Assembly (NCBI RefSeq): GCF_001194135.2
Contig: NC_068982.1
Coordinates: 2,306,480-2,370,479, forward strand
DNA from: Octopus bimaculoides
Lineage: Eukaryota
Length of the DNA stretch: 64,000 nt
Reading direction: 5' to 3'
The translations under genes were made by a program, and so were the position numbers. A model generated the notes under the pieces. It ran no database searches, was not told where the DNA came from, and saw only the letters and a program-made list of their open reading frames with translations. This document shows positions 10,909-24,152 of this stretch, in pieces. Numbering within the stretch: position 1 is the stretch's first letter; each line of letters opens with the position of its first letter.

Positions 10909-13788
10909 GTTTAATGCTGGCCACACATATTAATGGAAGCATGTACGCCTAATTCCTTGGAAACTGAAATTAATTCATGAAGGCGGTCGTTAAAAAGGTC
11001 AACTGCTATTGAGGTTATGTGCTTAAATATACCTGTAATTTGCCTCTCGTATCTCCTGAATTTCTGTTATATGCGTGAATACACACACGCGCATATACAC
11101 AGACACACACACCCGCGCGCGCGCGTGCGCACACACACACACACACTTATTGTATACGCTTAAGTTATTCTACCAGAAAGATAATTCTTTACGTTTAAAA
11201 AATACTTTAAGTATCAGCCATGGGAAACTGCTAGAAATTATATGAGGAATTAGAAGTCGATCTTATGAACACGTGGTCAATGTGTTCTAAAGAACGGCTG
11301 CCTTTTTTCAGTCACTGAAAGAAACCAGTTTATGTTGAGCCTCGTGAAGTATAAGTCCATCCAATTATTATCTGGCATGGAGGGTGTGTATATTTAACCT
11401 TAAAAAACGCAGATTCACAATAAATGATTTTAAAAAAAATCTATGGACATCATGCACCTATAATATTTCTCTGGATAGATAATTCTCAGTCAGCCTCATA
11501 TCTATTATCGAACCGTAATATACTTAACGATGTAAGATTAAAAGATGTGAATAAAGCAAAAAACTCATAGAAAGGATTTGACCATTTCGCTTGCGGTATT
11601 CTAAATAGAGGTTTCATAAATTTGATGGTCACACTCTATTAGCTTCTATATCTTCCAATGCACATGAATCTTTTGAATCAAATATTTTATTATTTTCCCA
11701 TGATTAATCACATTTGAACTTCAATAGTATTTTTACTGAGATATATCGCTTAAAAAAAATTTTTTTAATGTTTTTAGTTGCTGCAACAATCTCGCGTTTG
11801 TAAAAGAATTTAATATTTGAGACTGAATGGTTTCAAATTATATAAAAGATCAATATATATCTGAAATGTAGATTAATGATAAGATAAAGAATGTAGAAAT
11901 GATCATTATACTTCAAGAGTGATCAATAACAATTTTCCTTAAGTACTATCAATAACAATCAATTTGATTTGTGGAGAAGTCTGATCTTCTCACGAAGTAC
12001 ACAGATATGGAGTGTCTGAAACAGAACACGCAATATAGGATCTTATTCACATACATTTTTAGCATTTAAATTACATTGATTTCCGTGGATAAATATCAAA
12101 GATGGCCTTGACAATATTTACATGAATATTAAATATTCAGTGATGATGCAAAATGAAACATATTTCAATGGTAATACCGTTTGAAATATTACTAAATGAT
12201 TATTGTAATTACTTGTCATATGAGAGGAGAATTTCAAATTCAGTAGGAAAGGTTGACAATTACGAAGTTGTAATAAAAAAAAATTAATTATCTAGACATT
12301 TGCATTAATATGAAATTACTATATATATATAATGATACCCTAGGTAACATCCGTAAATTTTAAATGAGAGCCACCTTCACAAATGCCATTAAATGAATTT
12401 ACATTTTTAGAAAAAAAACAACAACAGCGCTATAATCTGCGGCACATGTTTAAAGAATTGTATGAAGTATCCACAGAATAGAAAGGTGGGAAGCTGTTTT
12501 ATCGATTTGATCATATCAAAATCACTCTCCGATAATCTATGGTTAAATCGATTAGTGCATAAATTGTAGAACGCATAAGAAACAGGAAGCTGCTAATAAA
12601 AATCTGAAAAATAAATAACCGGAAATACTTCCAGCCGTATAGAATCGTTAATAATACTCGCTTGTTTTTTCTTATACGGCGGTCAAGCAAGCCGAGTCTA
12701 ACATTTTCTTTATTTATAATGACTAACTTCTGAAACGGAGAAACTGACGGAACAAAGATGGGAGATTATATTACTAATACGGAAATCATATAAATCAATC
12801 GTAATGTGCATACACGTTTTGAAGTAAACGTACCATACCTTGGTCAATGGTGTACGTTATCGTAGCTGCTATATATAGTGAAAATAGTGAAGAATGTGAC
12901 ATTTTCAGAGAGGAAAAAATAAAGAAGCACGGACTTTATCTAAATGAAAAATAGTTCATCAATTTATTTACATCAATGTGTTTAAAAAGTAATTGTTACA
13001 AAGGTATAAGATAACGATATGACTGGTATTAATATTCTCCAAACATTTCTTGGTTCAAAATGCAATGATCTTCAATATTTTCCACATTAACAAAACAAAA
13101 CCAGTTAAAAAGAAGTAATTCAGAATAAGGGCTCCGCACAGGAAAAAGAAAATAGAAGGCACGTATTTTATGGTAGGCTCTTTCACAATTTACCTTCATA
13201 GCATCATAGGAATGAATACACAATCATATTTCAAATATTATTGTTTGTTTGTGCATAGAATGTACAGCAGTAGGAAACACAAGGAAAAAGAAAAATAATG
13301 AAAAAAAATCGATAATGGCGTAAGTACTCTCAATATGCGCTGTGCCATTTTATGGAAACTCTTTTCAAGGCAAATAAACTGCGATGTTGGAAATTACATG
13401 ATTTAGCCAATAGGAACAGCATGAGATGCACTAACGTTACGAACTAAAGAGACGTTTCAAAATCGTGCCAACTATGAGAAATGGAATGCTGATTAATTTC
13501 TGGCAAAAAGTGAATACTGCATCTCCACTTTATTTAAGTGTCGCTTCGATTAAGCTAAAATACTATGATGTGTAAAGTATGAATACTGTTCTAGCTGTAG
13601 GGCACATGTTAGACATCGCTAGAGACTGTCAGCTTTTTATTGGTTATAAGTGCTAATATTAGCCATACACAAACAATTGCATGCACTGCAATCTCACTAT
13701 CAAGGTGTCTCTATTAAGAATTGTTCTTTTGTTTTGCTTCCAATCGATATGCCAGCAGATTTAAACGTTTATCTATTAAAAGTGAATG

Positions 13789-13789
<1 letters not shown>

Positions 13790-13820
<31 letters not shown>

Positions 13821-14029
13821 CATACACTCTTAATAGATATATATATACACACACACACACACGCGCACACACACACACAGACGCACACAGGTACACACAC
13901 ACACACATATATGCATATATACATACATATATGCGTACATACATGCACCCATATATACATACATGTATGGATGCATACACACACACGCATATATGTATAC
14001 ATGTATGAAAGTATACATATATATATATA

Positions 14030-14061
<32 letters not shown>

Positions 14062-14200
14062 NNNNNNNNNNNNNNNNNNNNNNNNNNNNNNNNNNNNNNN
14101 NNNNNNNNNNNNNNNNNNNNNNNNNNNNNNNNNNNNNNNNNNNNNNNNNNNNNNNNNNNNNNNNNNNNNNNNNNNNNNNNNNNNNNNNNNNNNNNNNNNN

Positions 14201-14254
<54 letters not shown>
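13790..14254. repeat. Compound (TACA)/(TA)/(CA) microsatellite spanning an N-gap
   Basis: Read directly; source of ORFs 13650-14312. Confidence 0.9.
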
Positions 14255-14257
<3 letters not shown>

Positions 14258-14917
14258 TAAAGAGAGATTGAGAACGAGAAACAGCAGAAACATAGATGCA
14301 GATGAATATTAGGTGCAGAGATATATCGGACTTAGCTTGCAGTTATTAATGTGGCTGCGCTTAAATATAAAGGAAATGTTGTTAGCTTGTGTAATATGGG
14401 AACTTAGAATTAATTGTCACCATTAAAGTCACTTACAAAGTGAATTTAGCGATGAACATTTTAACAGACGCTGCAAATCACTCAGAACCTACTTGCTGTG
14501 AGGCATAATGTCTATGCTGTTAAAGTCAAAACCCATTTTCCTAAATACATGCAAAAATATATAGTGTGTCACATGATTTAAAACAATATAGACAAAGGAA
14601 TAAAATCAACGAATAATTATTTAGTCTTCAGAGTAAATATTGTATTATAAAAATCAGTTGTTTTTGGTTTATTAGAAATGAGCTCATTAGTCGCGGAATT
14701 TATGTAGTTGCGTTTACATTGAGTTACCATAAATTTCATTTTGCCCGCATTAAAATTACAGCTTCCAATTTATTTCAAATATTTACGCCCATACAATTTG
14801 TTGTTGTTTGAAAACCTGTAAATTATATACCAGAAAAAAAAAACAACATATACATCAAAATACAAATGAATGCCTTTTGTGTGTGAGCGTGACTATAAGA
14901 GCGATTGCGTTTAAGGA

Positions 14918-14920
<3 letters not shown>

Positions 14921-14954
<34 letters not shown>

Positions 14955-15162
14955 NNNNNNNNNNNNNNNNNNNNNNNNNNNNNNNNNNNNNNNNNNNNNN
15001 NNNNNNNNNNNNNNNNNNNNNNNNNNNNNNNNNNNNNNNNNNNNNNNNNNNNNNNNNNNNNNNNNNNNNNNNNNNNNNNNNNNNNNNNNNNNNNNNNNNN
15101 NNNNNNNNNNNNNNNNNNNNNNNNNNNNNNNNNNNNTATGTATATATATATATGTATATATG

Positions 15163-15218
<56 letters not shown>

Positions 15219-15280
15219 TGTGTGTGCGTGTATGTGTATATATATATATATATGTGTGTGTGTGTGGGTGTGTGGGTGTG
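14921..15280. repeat. (CT)n / N-gap / (TA)n(GT)n microsatellite
   Basis: Read directly. Confidence 0.9.
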
Positions 15281-15462
15281 AGTAAAGATAAATACAAAAA
15301 AAGGGTTTTTGTATGATCGTGTATAGAGGAATATATTATTTTATTAAAAGAGTTCCAACTCTGTTTTTTATGTTTTATTTATATTCTTGTAAAATTAATG
15401 TGGGATATAGAATATATAATATATAATATAAAAATGGATGGTACAATGAAATGAAGTATTGA

Positions 15463-15531
15463 ATGTCTTATTGAATATATGGAATATGTCTTATTGAATA
15501 TATGGAATATGTCTTATTGAATATATGAAAT
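15463..15531. repeat. 23-bp minisatellite x3 (atgtcttattgaatatatggaat)
   Basis: Units start at 15463, 15486 and 15509. Confidence 0.9.
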
Positions 15532-16814
15532 ATTGAGTGTTCAATATAAAGGATTAAATATATAAAGGCGAATACGTATTTTCAATACNNNNNNNNNNNN
15601 NNNNNNNNNNNNNNNNNNNNNNNNNNNNNNNNNNNNNNNNNNNNNNNNNNNNNNNNNNNNNNNNNNNNNNNNNNNNNNNNNNNNNNNNNNNNNNNNNNNN
15701 NNNNNNNNNNNNNNNNNNNNNNNNNNNNNNNNNNNNNNNNNNNNNNNNNNNNNNNNNNNNNNNNNNNNNNNNNNNNNNNNNNNNNNNNNNNNNNNNNNNN
15801 NNNNNNNNNNNNNNNNNNNNNNNNNNNNNNNNNNNNNNNNNNNNNNNNNNNNNNNNNNNNNNNNNNNNNNNNNNNNNNNNNNNNNNNNNNNNNNNNNNNN
15901 NNNNNNNNNNNNNNNNNNNNNNNNNNNNNNNNNNNNNNNNNNNNNNNNNNNNNNNNNNNNNNNNNNNNNNNNNNNNNNNNNNNNNNNNNNNNNNNNNNNN
16001 NNNNNNNNNNNNNNNNNNNNNNNNNNNNNNNNNNNNNNNNNNNNNNNNNNNNNNNNNNNNNNNNNNNNNNNNNNNNNNNNNNNNNNNNNNNNNNNNNNNN
16101 NNNNNNNNNNNNNNNNNNNNNNNNNNNNNNNNNNNNNNNNNNNNNNNNNNNNNNNNNNNNNNNNNNNNNNNNNNNNNNNNNNNNNNNNNNNNNNNNNNNN
16201 NNNNNNNNNNNNNNNNNNNNNNNNNNNNNNNNNNNNNNNNNNNNNNNNNNNNNNNNNNNNNNNNNNNNNNNNNNNNNNNNNNNNNNNNNNNNNNNNNNNN
16301 NNNNNNNNNNNNNNNNNNNNNNNNNNNNNNNNNNNNNNNNNNNNNNNNNNNNNNNNNNNNNNNNNNNNNNNNNNNNNNNNNNNNNNNNNNNNNNNNNNNN
16401 NNNNNNNNNATATATATATATATATATACACACATCAACGTATAATTCATTATAGACCAATGATAGCCGATCTTGACAATCAGAATCATAAGGAAATTAG
16501 TTATTCAGAAGATTATCTATGAACTGCGCCCGATGGGGATGGGAGTCATGGAAAATTGGCAGCTGCTCTCCGTTACTGGAAATAAATTGTTGCATCATGT
16601 TTTGTAGGTTTTGTGAAGAGAGCGAAATTAAGTGACGGAAGGGAATTCATTTAAGGATCCATCCATGTTATTTCCATTACTCTCGCCACCCAATTGAAAA
16701 AGTTCTGTGCGTGAATATATGTACTGAGGTGAATATATGTATAGACTCTTTTTGGGAGGGGGATGATAAGATGAGTATAGGGGGCATGTATAGTCGTCGA
16801 AAGAAAGCGCCACG

Positions 16815-17560
16815 AATTACATACAACATAACTTAGATAGGTTTCGGCCATTATAGGCCGAGGCCATGTCAAACTTAATACCACCACCTTGTGAAGACTT
16901 TTAGATCATGATTCACATCTCTGTCACATATAGGACACCATAGTCCACTCTAGTAAGGAGTTATTATTGTTGGAGTCATACCCGGGTGTAAGAGGTTGGT
17001 CTGGGATTTTTTGTAGAAATTTTTCCAGAGAACTTTTGAATTTTATGGGATCTATTTCCGATTTGATGTATTTTGGGATAATATCAAAGAGAGCTGGACT
17101 GGTTGAGGTAAAGTAGTTGTGTGGTAATGTTCTTATATGTCTTGAGTTTGATTTTTGTAGTAGGCGGATAGCACGAGGGCCAAATCTTGGGTGGGTTTTA
17201 AAATTGATACCTTATCATTTGTGCCATATTGATGGAATATTTTCCACACACAGCACTCGCAGCAAGAGTAAAGATTGAGTAAAGATTTGAGAGAGTAAAG
17301 ATTGATTTTTTTTAATCGACCCCAGTAGTCAGTGCCTGTCTTGCATTCTGTCTTTTTTGTTATTGACCTCTGGAGTGCTTCGTGTGGGGAGGCCAGAGTG
17401 GCAACAGTATTCAAGGTTGGGTCGGGCAAAAGATTAGCGAAGGATTATGGAGAAGACCCGGATAAGATCATGCTTTACTTTAATAGTGCCGACATGTGCA
17501 TATTCTGCCTAGTCGAGAAAAGAATTATATGTTGAATATCTCTTCATCTGGACACTTACA
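16815..17560 (-). mobile_element. CR1/L2-like LINE 3' fragment
   Basis: RPNLEYCC, LQRSITKK, YWGRLKKINLYSL, PALFDIIPKYIKSEIDPIKFKSSLEKFLQKIPDQP.TPGY; 3' UTR ggcctcggcc..ggccgaaacc. Confidence 0.8.
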
Positions 17561-17584
17561 TAAAAATATATATATATATATATT

Positions 17585-18075
17585 TATCGCTGATGTCGAT
17601 TTTGTTAAAAATCTTAGTTTCTCTCCATGAACAGCCTGGTATCATATGAGCAAAAAGGCTGTAATAAATAGATGAGTGCTGGAGATCGTCACCTCTTGCT
17701 TAAGTAGTGGCACTCATACACCGAGTTTTTGGACCTTATCGATTGAGTGAATTTTTCGGGCAACGGTAACATGAAAGGACATCATGCGCTAAGCAAATTC
17801 CCGAATGCAATGACACAGATCTTCGTAGATGAGTTCGTTCGATCAATCGTTTGTGGAGATCATCCGTCACTATATGCACGTGTAAGGTCGATTTTTCCTT
17901 ACTTGAAGCGGGAAAACCATTATTTGTGCAGTTGTTGCTGTAACAGCGTTTTCTTCCTAAAAGGTACAAATGTCCCGAGCGATTTTGGCAGCTTTGGAAC
18001 CTTGATGAATACCAAAGAAGGTACCGAAAATACTCAGATTTTCTACTTGTCACAACATCGTCCTTTCTCTAGAAA
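17585..18075 (-). mobile_element. Mariner transposase N-terminal remnant
   Basis: Frameshifted SEYFRYLLW...QGSKAAKIARDIC...ENAVTATTAQ resembles the mariner HTH region. Confidence 0.75.
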
Positions 18076-18194
18076 AAATTTAAAAAAGGTAAAAATTTAT
18101 TCAAATTTCAAAACCCATAAAGAAAAGTACGCATATTTGTGTGAGTGTGATTCTGCGTGTGTGTGTGTGTGTGTGCGTGTCTGATGAAATCCAT

Positions 18195-18850
18195 AGAAAT
18201 AGGTCGGATGTAGGAGCAGACGTCGTAGCAGCGGGTGATTGCAGCCATTTGTCGGTAAACCTTCTGTGCAACGTTCTAGTTCGGTCTGCATCACTGCGAG
18301 TTACTTCCCCACCCATCCTGACCATTTGGCATGTGGCTGACCAACATAAATCATCATCAGAGAATAGAATGAGAAACATTGGATTCCAACTCAGAAAATC
18401 GAGCAAAATGGCCAAAGAATCTGAACTGACTCCACCCCCCGATCATACAAATAGCATGAAGCATCCCATTTCTGATAATAATCGTTGGTTTGAAGACGAA
18501 ATCCGAACAATGGTAATCTCTACACCTGTCTAGCTACTTGGTACCGAAGGAGTTCAGCCGGTTCCTTAGGTTGTAAGATAGGGCAGATCAGAGATCCGAA
18601 GACCAGAATCTTTATCCACATGTTCAGATATCAGCATCGCCAGACACACTTGTCCAGTGAGTTGATAATTGCACCAACATGTCCGTGTCTTCAGACTTCG
18701 GACTTGCTGCTTATCCTGCTGCAGACCACTCTGTCAAGATAAGTGAATCGGTTAACAGCTTCGACATTCCACACACAACACAGATAGGTGAGATGGAGTC
18801 TTTTGGGAAGCCAACAGAGGATTGGATGTTTGCCTCGACCTAAGAATCAA
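18195..18850 (-). mobile_element. RTE-clade LINE 3' fragment
   Basis: VEAVNRFTYL, NSLDKCVWRC, IKILVF.SL, LRFFGHFARF. Confidence 0.75.
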
Positions 18851-19185
18851 TTGGCTGCGGTTCCGCACACATAAAATACAAATTAGACTGAATAGCACAG
18901 AACAAAGTTATGGAATAATAGAAAAATTAAATAACTAATGTACAAATGGTGACAATAATCAGATATTCAAAATATACGAACAACAACAGAGTAACCTGTT
19001 TAGATACGAGAATATTGGAAGGATATGTGGATTGGTACTCAACACTTTTTTAAGGTGAGCTTAGTTGCTTGCCGATATTTTATTTTGTTTGTCCAAGGAA
19101 ATCGTTAGTACATTGGATTTAACATATTTTACAAGATTAAAATTAATTCTATCGTAATATAAAACTCAATGATTCTTTTTTGTTC

Positions 19186-19234
<49 letters not shown>

Positions 19235-19384
19235 CATTAATTTTCATTGAGTAAATCCATGGTTTCATATTTTTGCGGCTCTGTCGAGCAAGGGGAAACT
19301 ATCTCAGTAAATTCCTCAGTTACAAGTCTAACATCTTCATAACTTATACGCAGATATCGCATCTAAGATTTGACGTAGAGTAAA

Positions 19385-19500
19385 GGCGCGCCACGGTCGG
19401 AGTGTCGTGATTTCGAGGTATGACTGTGCGTCGTGTTCTTAATCAACAAACTTTATTTGACATTGTTCTAGTCCACCCAGCTGGCATAAATGCCAGCCAT
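19385..19500 (+). mobile_element. SINE family C (CORE-like) remnant
   Basis: gtgttcttaatcaacaaacttt...ctagtccacccagctggc; related to 23284(-). Confidence 0.45.
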
Positions 19501-19542
19501 GTCATTTTCTGTGTGTCGGGGAGCTGAATGTCTAAGCCACTG

Positions 19543-19614
19543 AGCAACACGCCCTCAAATATGTATCTAATAGCAACAGGACCTCAAATATGTATCTAAT
19601 AGCAACACGACCTC
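19543..19614. repeat. 29-bp tandem duplication
   Basis: cctcaaatatgtatctaatagcaaca(g/c)ga x2 plus partial. Confidence 0.85.
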
Positions 19615-19679
19615 GTATATATGAAAATATCAATGTATATGAATGAGTGTGTGTTTAAACTCAACCATATATGTACATA

Positions 19680-19828
19680 TGTAAGAAGCTTGCTTCCTAA
19701 CCATATGGATCCGGGTTCAGTTCCACTGCGCAACACCTTCGACAAGTGTCTTCTACTATAGCCTCGGACTGACCAAAGGCTTGTAACTGAATTTTGTAGA
19801 CGGAAACTGAAAGAAGCCGGTTGTATAA

Positions 19829-19864
<36 letters not shown>

Positions 19865-20050
19865 ATTTGTATATCTGTGTTTGTCTACCCACCATCACTC
19901 GGCAACCGATACTGGTGTATTTACGTCCCCGTAACTTAGCGGTTCGACAAAAGAGAATGATAGAATAAGTACTGGGGTCGATTTGTTCGACTAAAGGCGG
20001 TCCTCCAGCATGGCCGCAGTCACATGACTGAAGCAAATAAAAGAATAAGA
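19680..20050 (+). mobile_element. SINE family A
   Basis: Collinear with the 7247 copy, including tail ccagcatggccgcagtc. Confidence 0.88.
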
Positions 20051-21321
20051 GAAGAAACGAGTGTATATGNNNNNNNNNNNNNNNNNNNNNNNNNNNNNNN
20101 NNNNNNNNNNNNNNNNNNNNNNNNNNNNNNNNNNNNNNNNNNNNNNNNNNNNNNNNNNNNNNNNNNNNNNNNNNTGTACATTTATATCCCCCCGTGTTAT
20201 TGAGCTGATAAATTGAAATCCAGGATATTTTAATCATTTTATCTTAAGTGTTGTCTTAAGAACACTCTTCACCACCTGTGTTATTCACACACTAGATTTA
20301 ATCAAGCAGACTTTGTATAACACTTTTCAATCTGTTATAATGATCAAAATTTTTTAAAATCTTTATCGTAAAACCCTTTTTAATGTGTTATACCTTCTTG
20401 TTTCCCTTGTAAATGCACAAGGATTTAGTTAAAGCGATGCATTGTAAGGCATATCCTGTTCTTTATAGAAGTACAATTATATTTTTATGTGTACCATTTG
20501 CCTATATTAAAAACTCAATTCAATAAATTTGTTTTAACACTGTTTATGATTTCCTTGACATGTAATTATTTGTAATTCAAACAAGAATCCTCATTAAATA
20601 TGTGACTTTTTCTCAAGGCAGCGTATGCAGCAACATGACATGTTTACAAAATAGCCTGTCATAGGAAATTGTCATAGTTTGAATGCATAATTTATAGGGT
20701 ATCCGCTAAAATATTAAACTAGAATCTTTTTGTTTTTTGTTTTTGTTAATCTACTCTCTCTAGAATTATTGTGTTTCTCATACATATTATGTATTTTGCC
20801 CAGTGTCACTGTCTACGTTACCGCATTTCTCCGATTTCCCTCATTTATCAATCGGGTTATGCGTATTCTACGTTGACTTCCTCTGGTCTGTATTTGACAC
20901 CATTAGTACAACTGAATGTTTAAACAAAATGAAATTTTAATTGCGATATTTTAGTTGGTGAAAACACCATACTGTAAACTAATAACATACGTAACATTCA
21001 TAAAGAAAGAAGAGATAGGCTTGTGTTAATACATTTAATGCACGTAAATAACGAAAAGCTAACTTATGCGGCGATAAAACATGCAATATTTCCCAATAAC
21101 TATCATTAATTATTATTTCTAGCATGGGGAGGAATCGCTGTTGTGCAAGACTTGAAAAACGATAATGACAAAATGTAGTTTTAACTAATATAATTCTATC
21201 TCCTGGTGATTTTTAATTTAATTTATATCTTAGTTCGCCTATGAGGAATATTATATATTTGTTTCCTCTTTTCGATAGTGCAGCGTTTCATGGAACAGCT
21301 TGAACAGCATAGCAGCGGCGA

Positions 21322-21334
21322 CAGCAGCAGCAGC

Positions 21335-21390
<56 letters not shown>

Positions 21391-21441
21391 CAGTAGTAGT
21401 AGTAGTAGTAGTAGTAGTAGCAGCAGCAGCAGCAGCAGCAG
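21322..21441. repeat. (CAG)n-(TAG)n-(CAG)n trinucleotide microsatellite
   Basis: Read directly. Confidence 0.95.
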
Positions 21442-21812
21442 CTCTCACGATTGTTTACGCTTAACTCTCTATGAGCTCTCAATGACCAGACATCTGATCT
21501 AAAGTATTGCAGCTATGCGCAGTCTGTCAATTTACGTGAATCTCTCTAACCGATGCACAAATACGTTCCGTTCCTTTACACAATGGCGAGTGAATTTAGG
21601 GAGATTTGTGCGCAATTTTTATCACCTCAACCGACCAATGAAAGGCTCCTCGCTGCAGTGTTAACATAGCTATTAGATTATATATAGATTGGAATTTCAA
21701 ATATAAACCATTTTTGTCTTTACTTATACAGAAATGCGCGTATAATGAATATTTACAGAGAGATTATGTATGAATTATATACATATACAGACAAATAGGT
21801 AGATAGACAGAC

Positions 21813-22140
21813 TGTAAGAAGTGTGCTTCCCAACCCCATGGTTTCAGGTTCAATCCCACCTCGTAGTACGTTCGGCAAGTGTTTTCTATTATAGCTCCAG
21901 GCTGCCCAAGCCCTTGTGAGTAGATATGGCTGACGGAAACTGAAAGAAGCCTACCATAAAATATATATGTACCTTTCTACATGGGTGCGTTTTTGCGCAT
22001 ATGTTTGTCTCCCATCACCGCTAGACAACTCGTAACTTACCAGTTTGTTTACATCGCTGTAAATTAGCGGTTCTGCGAACGCGACTGATAAAATAAGAAC
22101 CTGATTTCAAAAATAGTCAGTGCTGGAATCGATACGTCTC
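21813..22140 (+). mobile_element. SINE family A, diverged
   Basis: ggtttcaggttcaatccc...ggaaactgaaagaagcc. Confidence 0.75.
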
Positions 22141-22243
22141 GTTAAAAACGTTTCAAGGCAGACTTTCACCATGACTACACTGTAATGGGTGATACATGTA
22201 AAAGGAAAGATATAAGAAATCTACAAGATTTTTTTTTTCAGTT

Positions 22244-22288
<45 letters not shown>

Positions 22289-23013
22289 NNNNNNNNNNNN
22301 NNNNNNNNNNNNNNNNNNNNNNNNNNNNNNNNNNNNNNNNNNNNNNNNNNNNNNNNNNNNNNNNNNNNNNNNNNNNNNNNNNNNNNNNNNNNNNNNNNNN
22401 NNNNNNNNNNNNNNNNNNNNNNNNNNNNNNNNNNNNNNNNNNNNNNNNNNNNNNNNNNNNNNNNNNNNNNNNNNNNNNNNNNNNNNNNNNNNNNNNNNNN
22501 NNNNNNNNNNNNNNNNNNNNNNNNNNNNNNNNNNNNNNNNNNNNNNNNNNNNNNNNNNNNNNNNNNNNNNNNNNNNNNNNNNNNNNNNNNNNNNNNNNNN
22601 NNNNNNNNNNNNNNNNNNNNNNNNNNNNNNNNNNNNNNNNNNNNNNNNNNNNNNNNNNNNNNNNNNNNNNNNNNNNNNNNNNNNNNNNNNNNNNNNNNNN
22701 NNNNNNNNNNNNNNNNNNNNNNNNNNNNNNNNNNNNNNNNNNNNNNNNNNNNNNNNNNNNNNNNNNNNNNNNNNNNNNNNNNNNNNNNNNNNNNNNNNNN
22801 NNNNNNNNNNNNNNNNNNNNNNNNNNNNNNNNNNNNNNNNNNNNNNNNNNNNNNNNNNNNNNNNNNNNNNNNNNNNNNNNNNNNNNNNNNNNNNNNNNNN
22901 NNNNNNNNNNNNNNNNNNNNNNNNNNNNNNNNNNNNNNNNNNNNNNNNNNNNNNNNNNNNNNNNNNNNNNNNNNNNNNNNNNNNNNNNNNNNNNNNNNNN
23001 NNNNNNNNNNNNN

Positions 23014-23045
<32 letters not shown>

Positions 23046-23048
<3 letters not shown>

Positions 23049-23230
23049 CAATCCAAACATGAACAGGCAAGAAAAAAACAAGAAAAAACAACAACGGGAG
23101 GACGTGGAATAATTACAGTGTTATTGGACGCTCAGGAAAGGTAAGAGGATTTCACGTTTCGAGTGAAGCTCTTCATCAGAAATATGGAAAAAGTTCAAAG
23201 AAGGGCAGACAGAGAAAGAAAATCGCCAAT
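23046..23230 (-). mobile_element. Short Penelope-like or retrozyme repeat abutting (TA)n
   Basis: Contains a minimal hammerhead; related to 38870-39060. Confidence 0.65.
23149..23183 (-). ncRNA. Minimal type I hammerhead, probably inactivated (GUG at the cleavage triplet)
   Basis: Minus strand: AUUU CUGAUGA A GAG cuuca CUC GAAAC GUG AAAU. Confidence 0.65.
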
Positions 23231-23283
23231 ATATATATGTATATTGTTGCTATTATGTTAAACTGTCGTGTATCCAAATTTGG

Positions 23284-23398
23284 AGCAACATGAAATAAAG
23301 TGTCTTGTTCAAGAACACAACACAGCCTAGTCCAGGAATCGAACTCATTACCTTATGATTGTGAGTCCAACGCTCTAACCACTGAAACATGCGCCTTC
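23284..23398 (-). mobile_element. SINE family C head
   Basis: Reverse complement has tRNA-like boxes (gtggttagagcg..., gagttcgattcctgg) and cttgaacaagacacttt. Confidence 0.7.
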
Positions 23399-23614
23399 AG
23401 CAAATGTTAAATGATGATGATAAGGATGATGATGATGATTCAGGTGTCTTCTGTGTGGTGGGTCAGGTTGATCAGCTTTCAATGGCTTGCACTACTTGCT
23501 CTTTTGACGTCTTTAGTAGGGATCCACTCCATTATTGTCTAATGTTTCTGCAAAAGGTCATGCTTGCTGACCTTTCACCTTTGAGCTAACAATAACCTAA
23601 GGAAAAATATACAA

Positions 23615-23770
23615 GCAGTGGTTGTGTGGTAAGAAGTGTGTTTCCCAACCACATGGTTCCAGGTTCAGTCCCACTGCCTGGCATCTTGGGCAAGTGTCTT
23701 CTACTATAGCCACAGACTGACCAAAGCTTTGTGAATGGATGTGGCATAAGGAAACTGAAAAAAGCCTGAA
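23615..23770 (+). mobile_element. SINE family A, 5' half
   Basis: tggttgtgtggtaag...ggttcagtcccactg...ggaaactgaaa. Confidence 0.85.
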
Positions 23771-24152
23771 CCGGTAAATAATAAGACACTAAAAGAGAAT
23801 GACTCTCCTGAGACACAACAATATATATATATATANNNNNNNNNNNNNNNNNNNNNNNNNNNNNNNNNNNNNNNNNNNNNNNNNNNNNNNNNNNNNNNNN
23901 NNNNNNNNNNNNNNNNNNNNNNNNNNNNNNNNNNNNNNNNNNNNNNNNNNNNNNNNNNNNNNNNNNNNNNNNNNNNNNNNNNNNNNNNNNNNNNNNNNNN
24001 NNNNNNNNNNNNNNNNNNNNNNNNNNNNNNNNNNNNNNNNNNNNNNNNNNNNNNNNNNNNTTAATAAATTATAGGGTGGCAAAGAAAATTTTAGAAATTT
24101 TATTTACCACCAGTGGCCTAGCGAGAGTAAAAACAGTCAATAGACTATGTAT

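Noticed and set aside
15463-15531. Possible CRISPR-like repeat
   Set aside because: Units are adjacent with no spacers, and the context is eukaryotic.
21278-21502. Poly-Ser ORF starting MQRFMEQLEQH
   Set aside because: Dominated by a (CAG)/(TAG) microsatellite; no domain or splice support.
13650-23144. Long ORFs rich in X, HT, YI, CV or RE
   Set aside because: They are translations of N-gaps and dinucleotide microsatellites.
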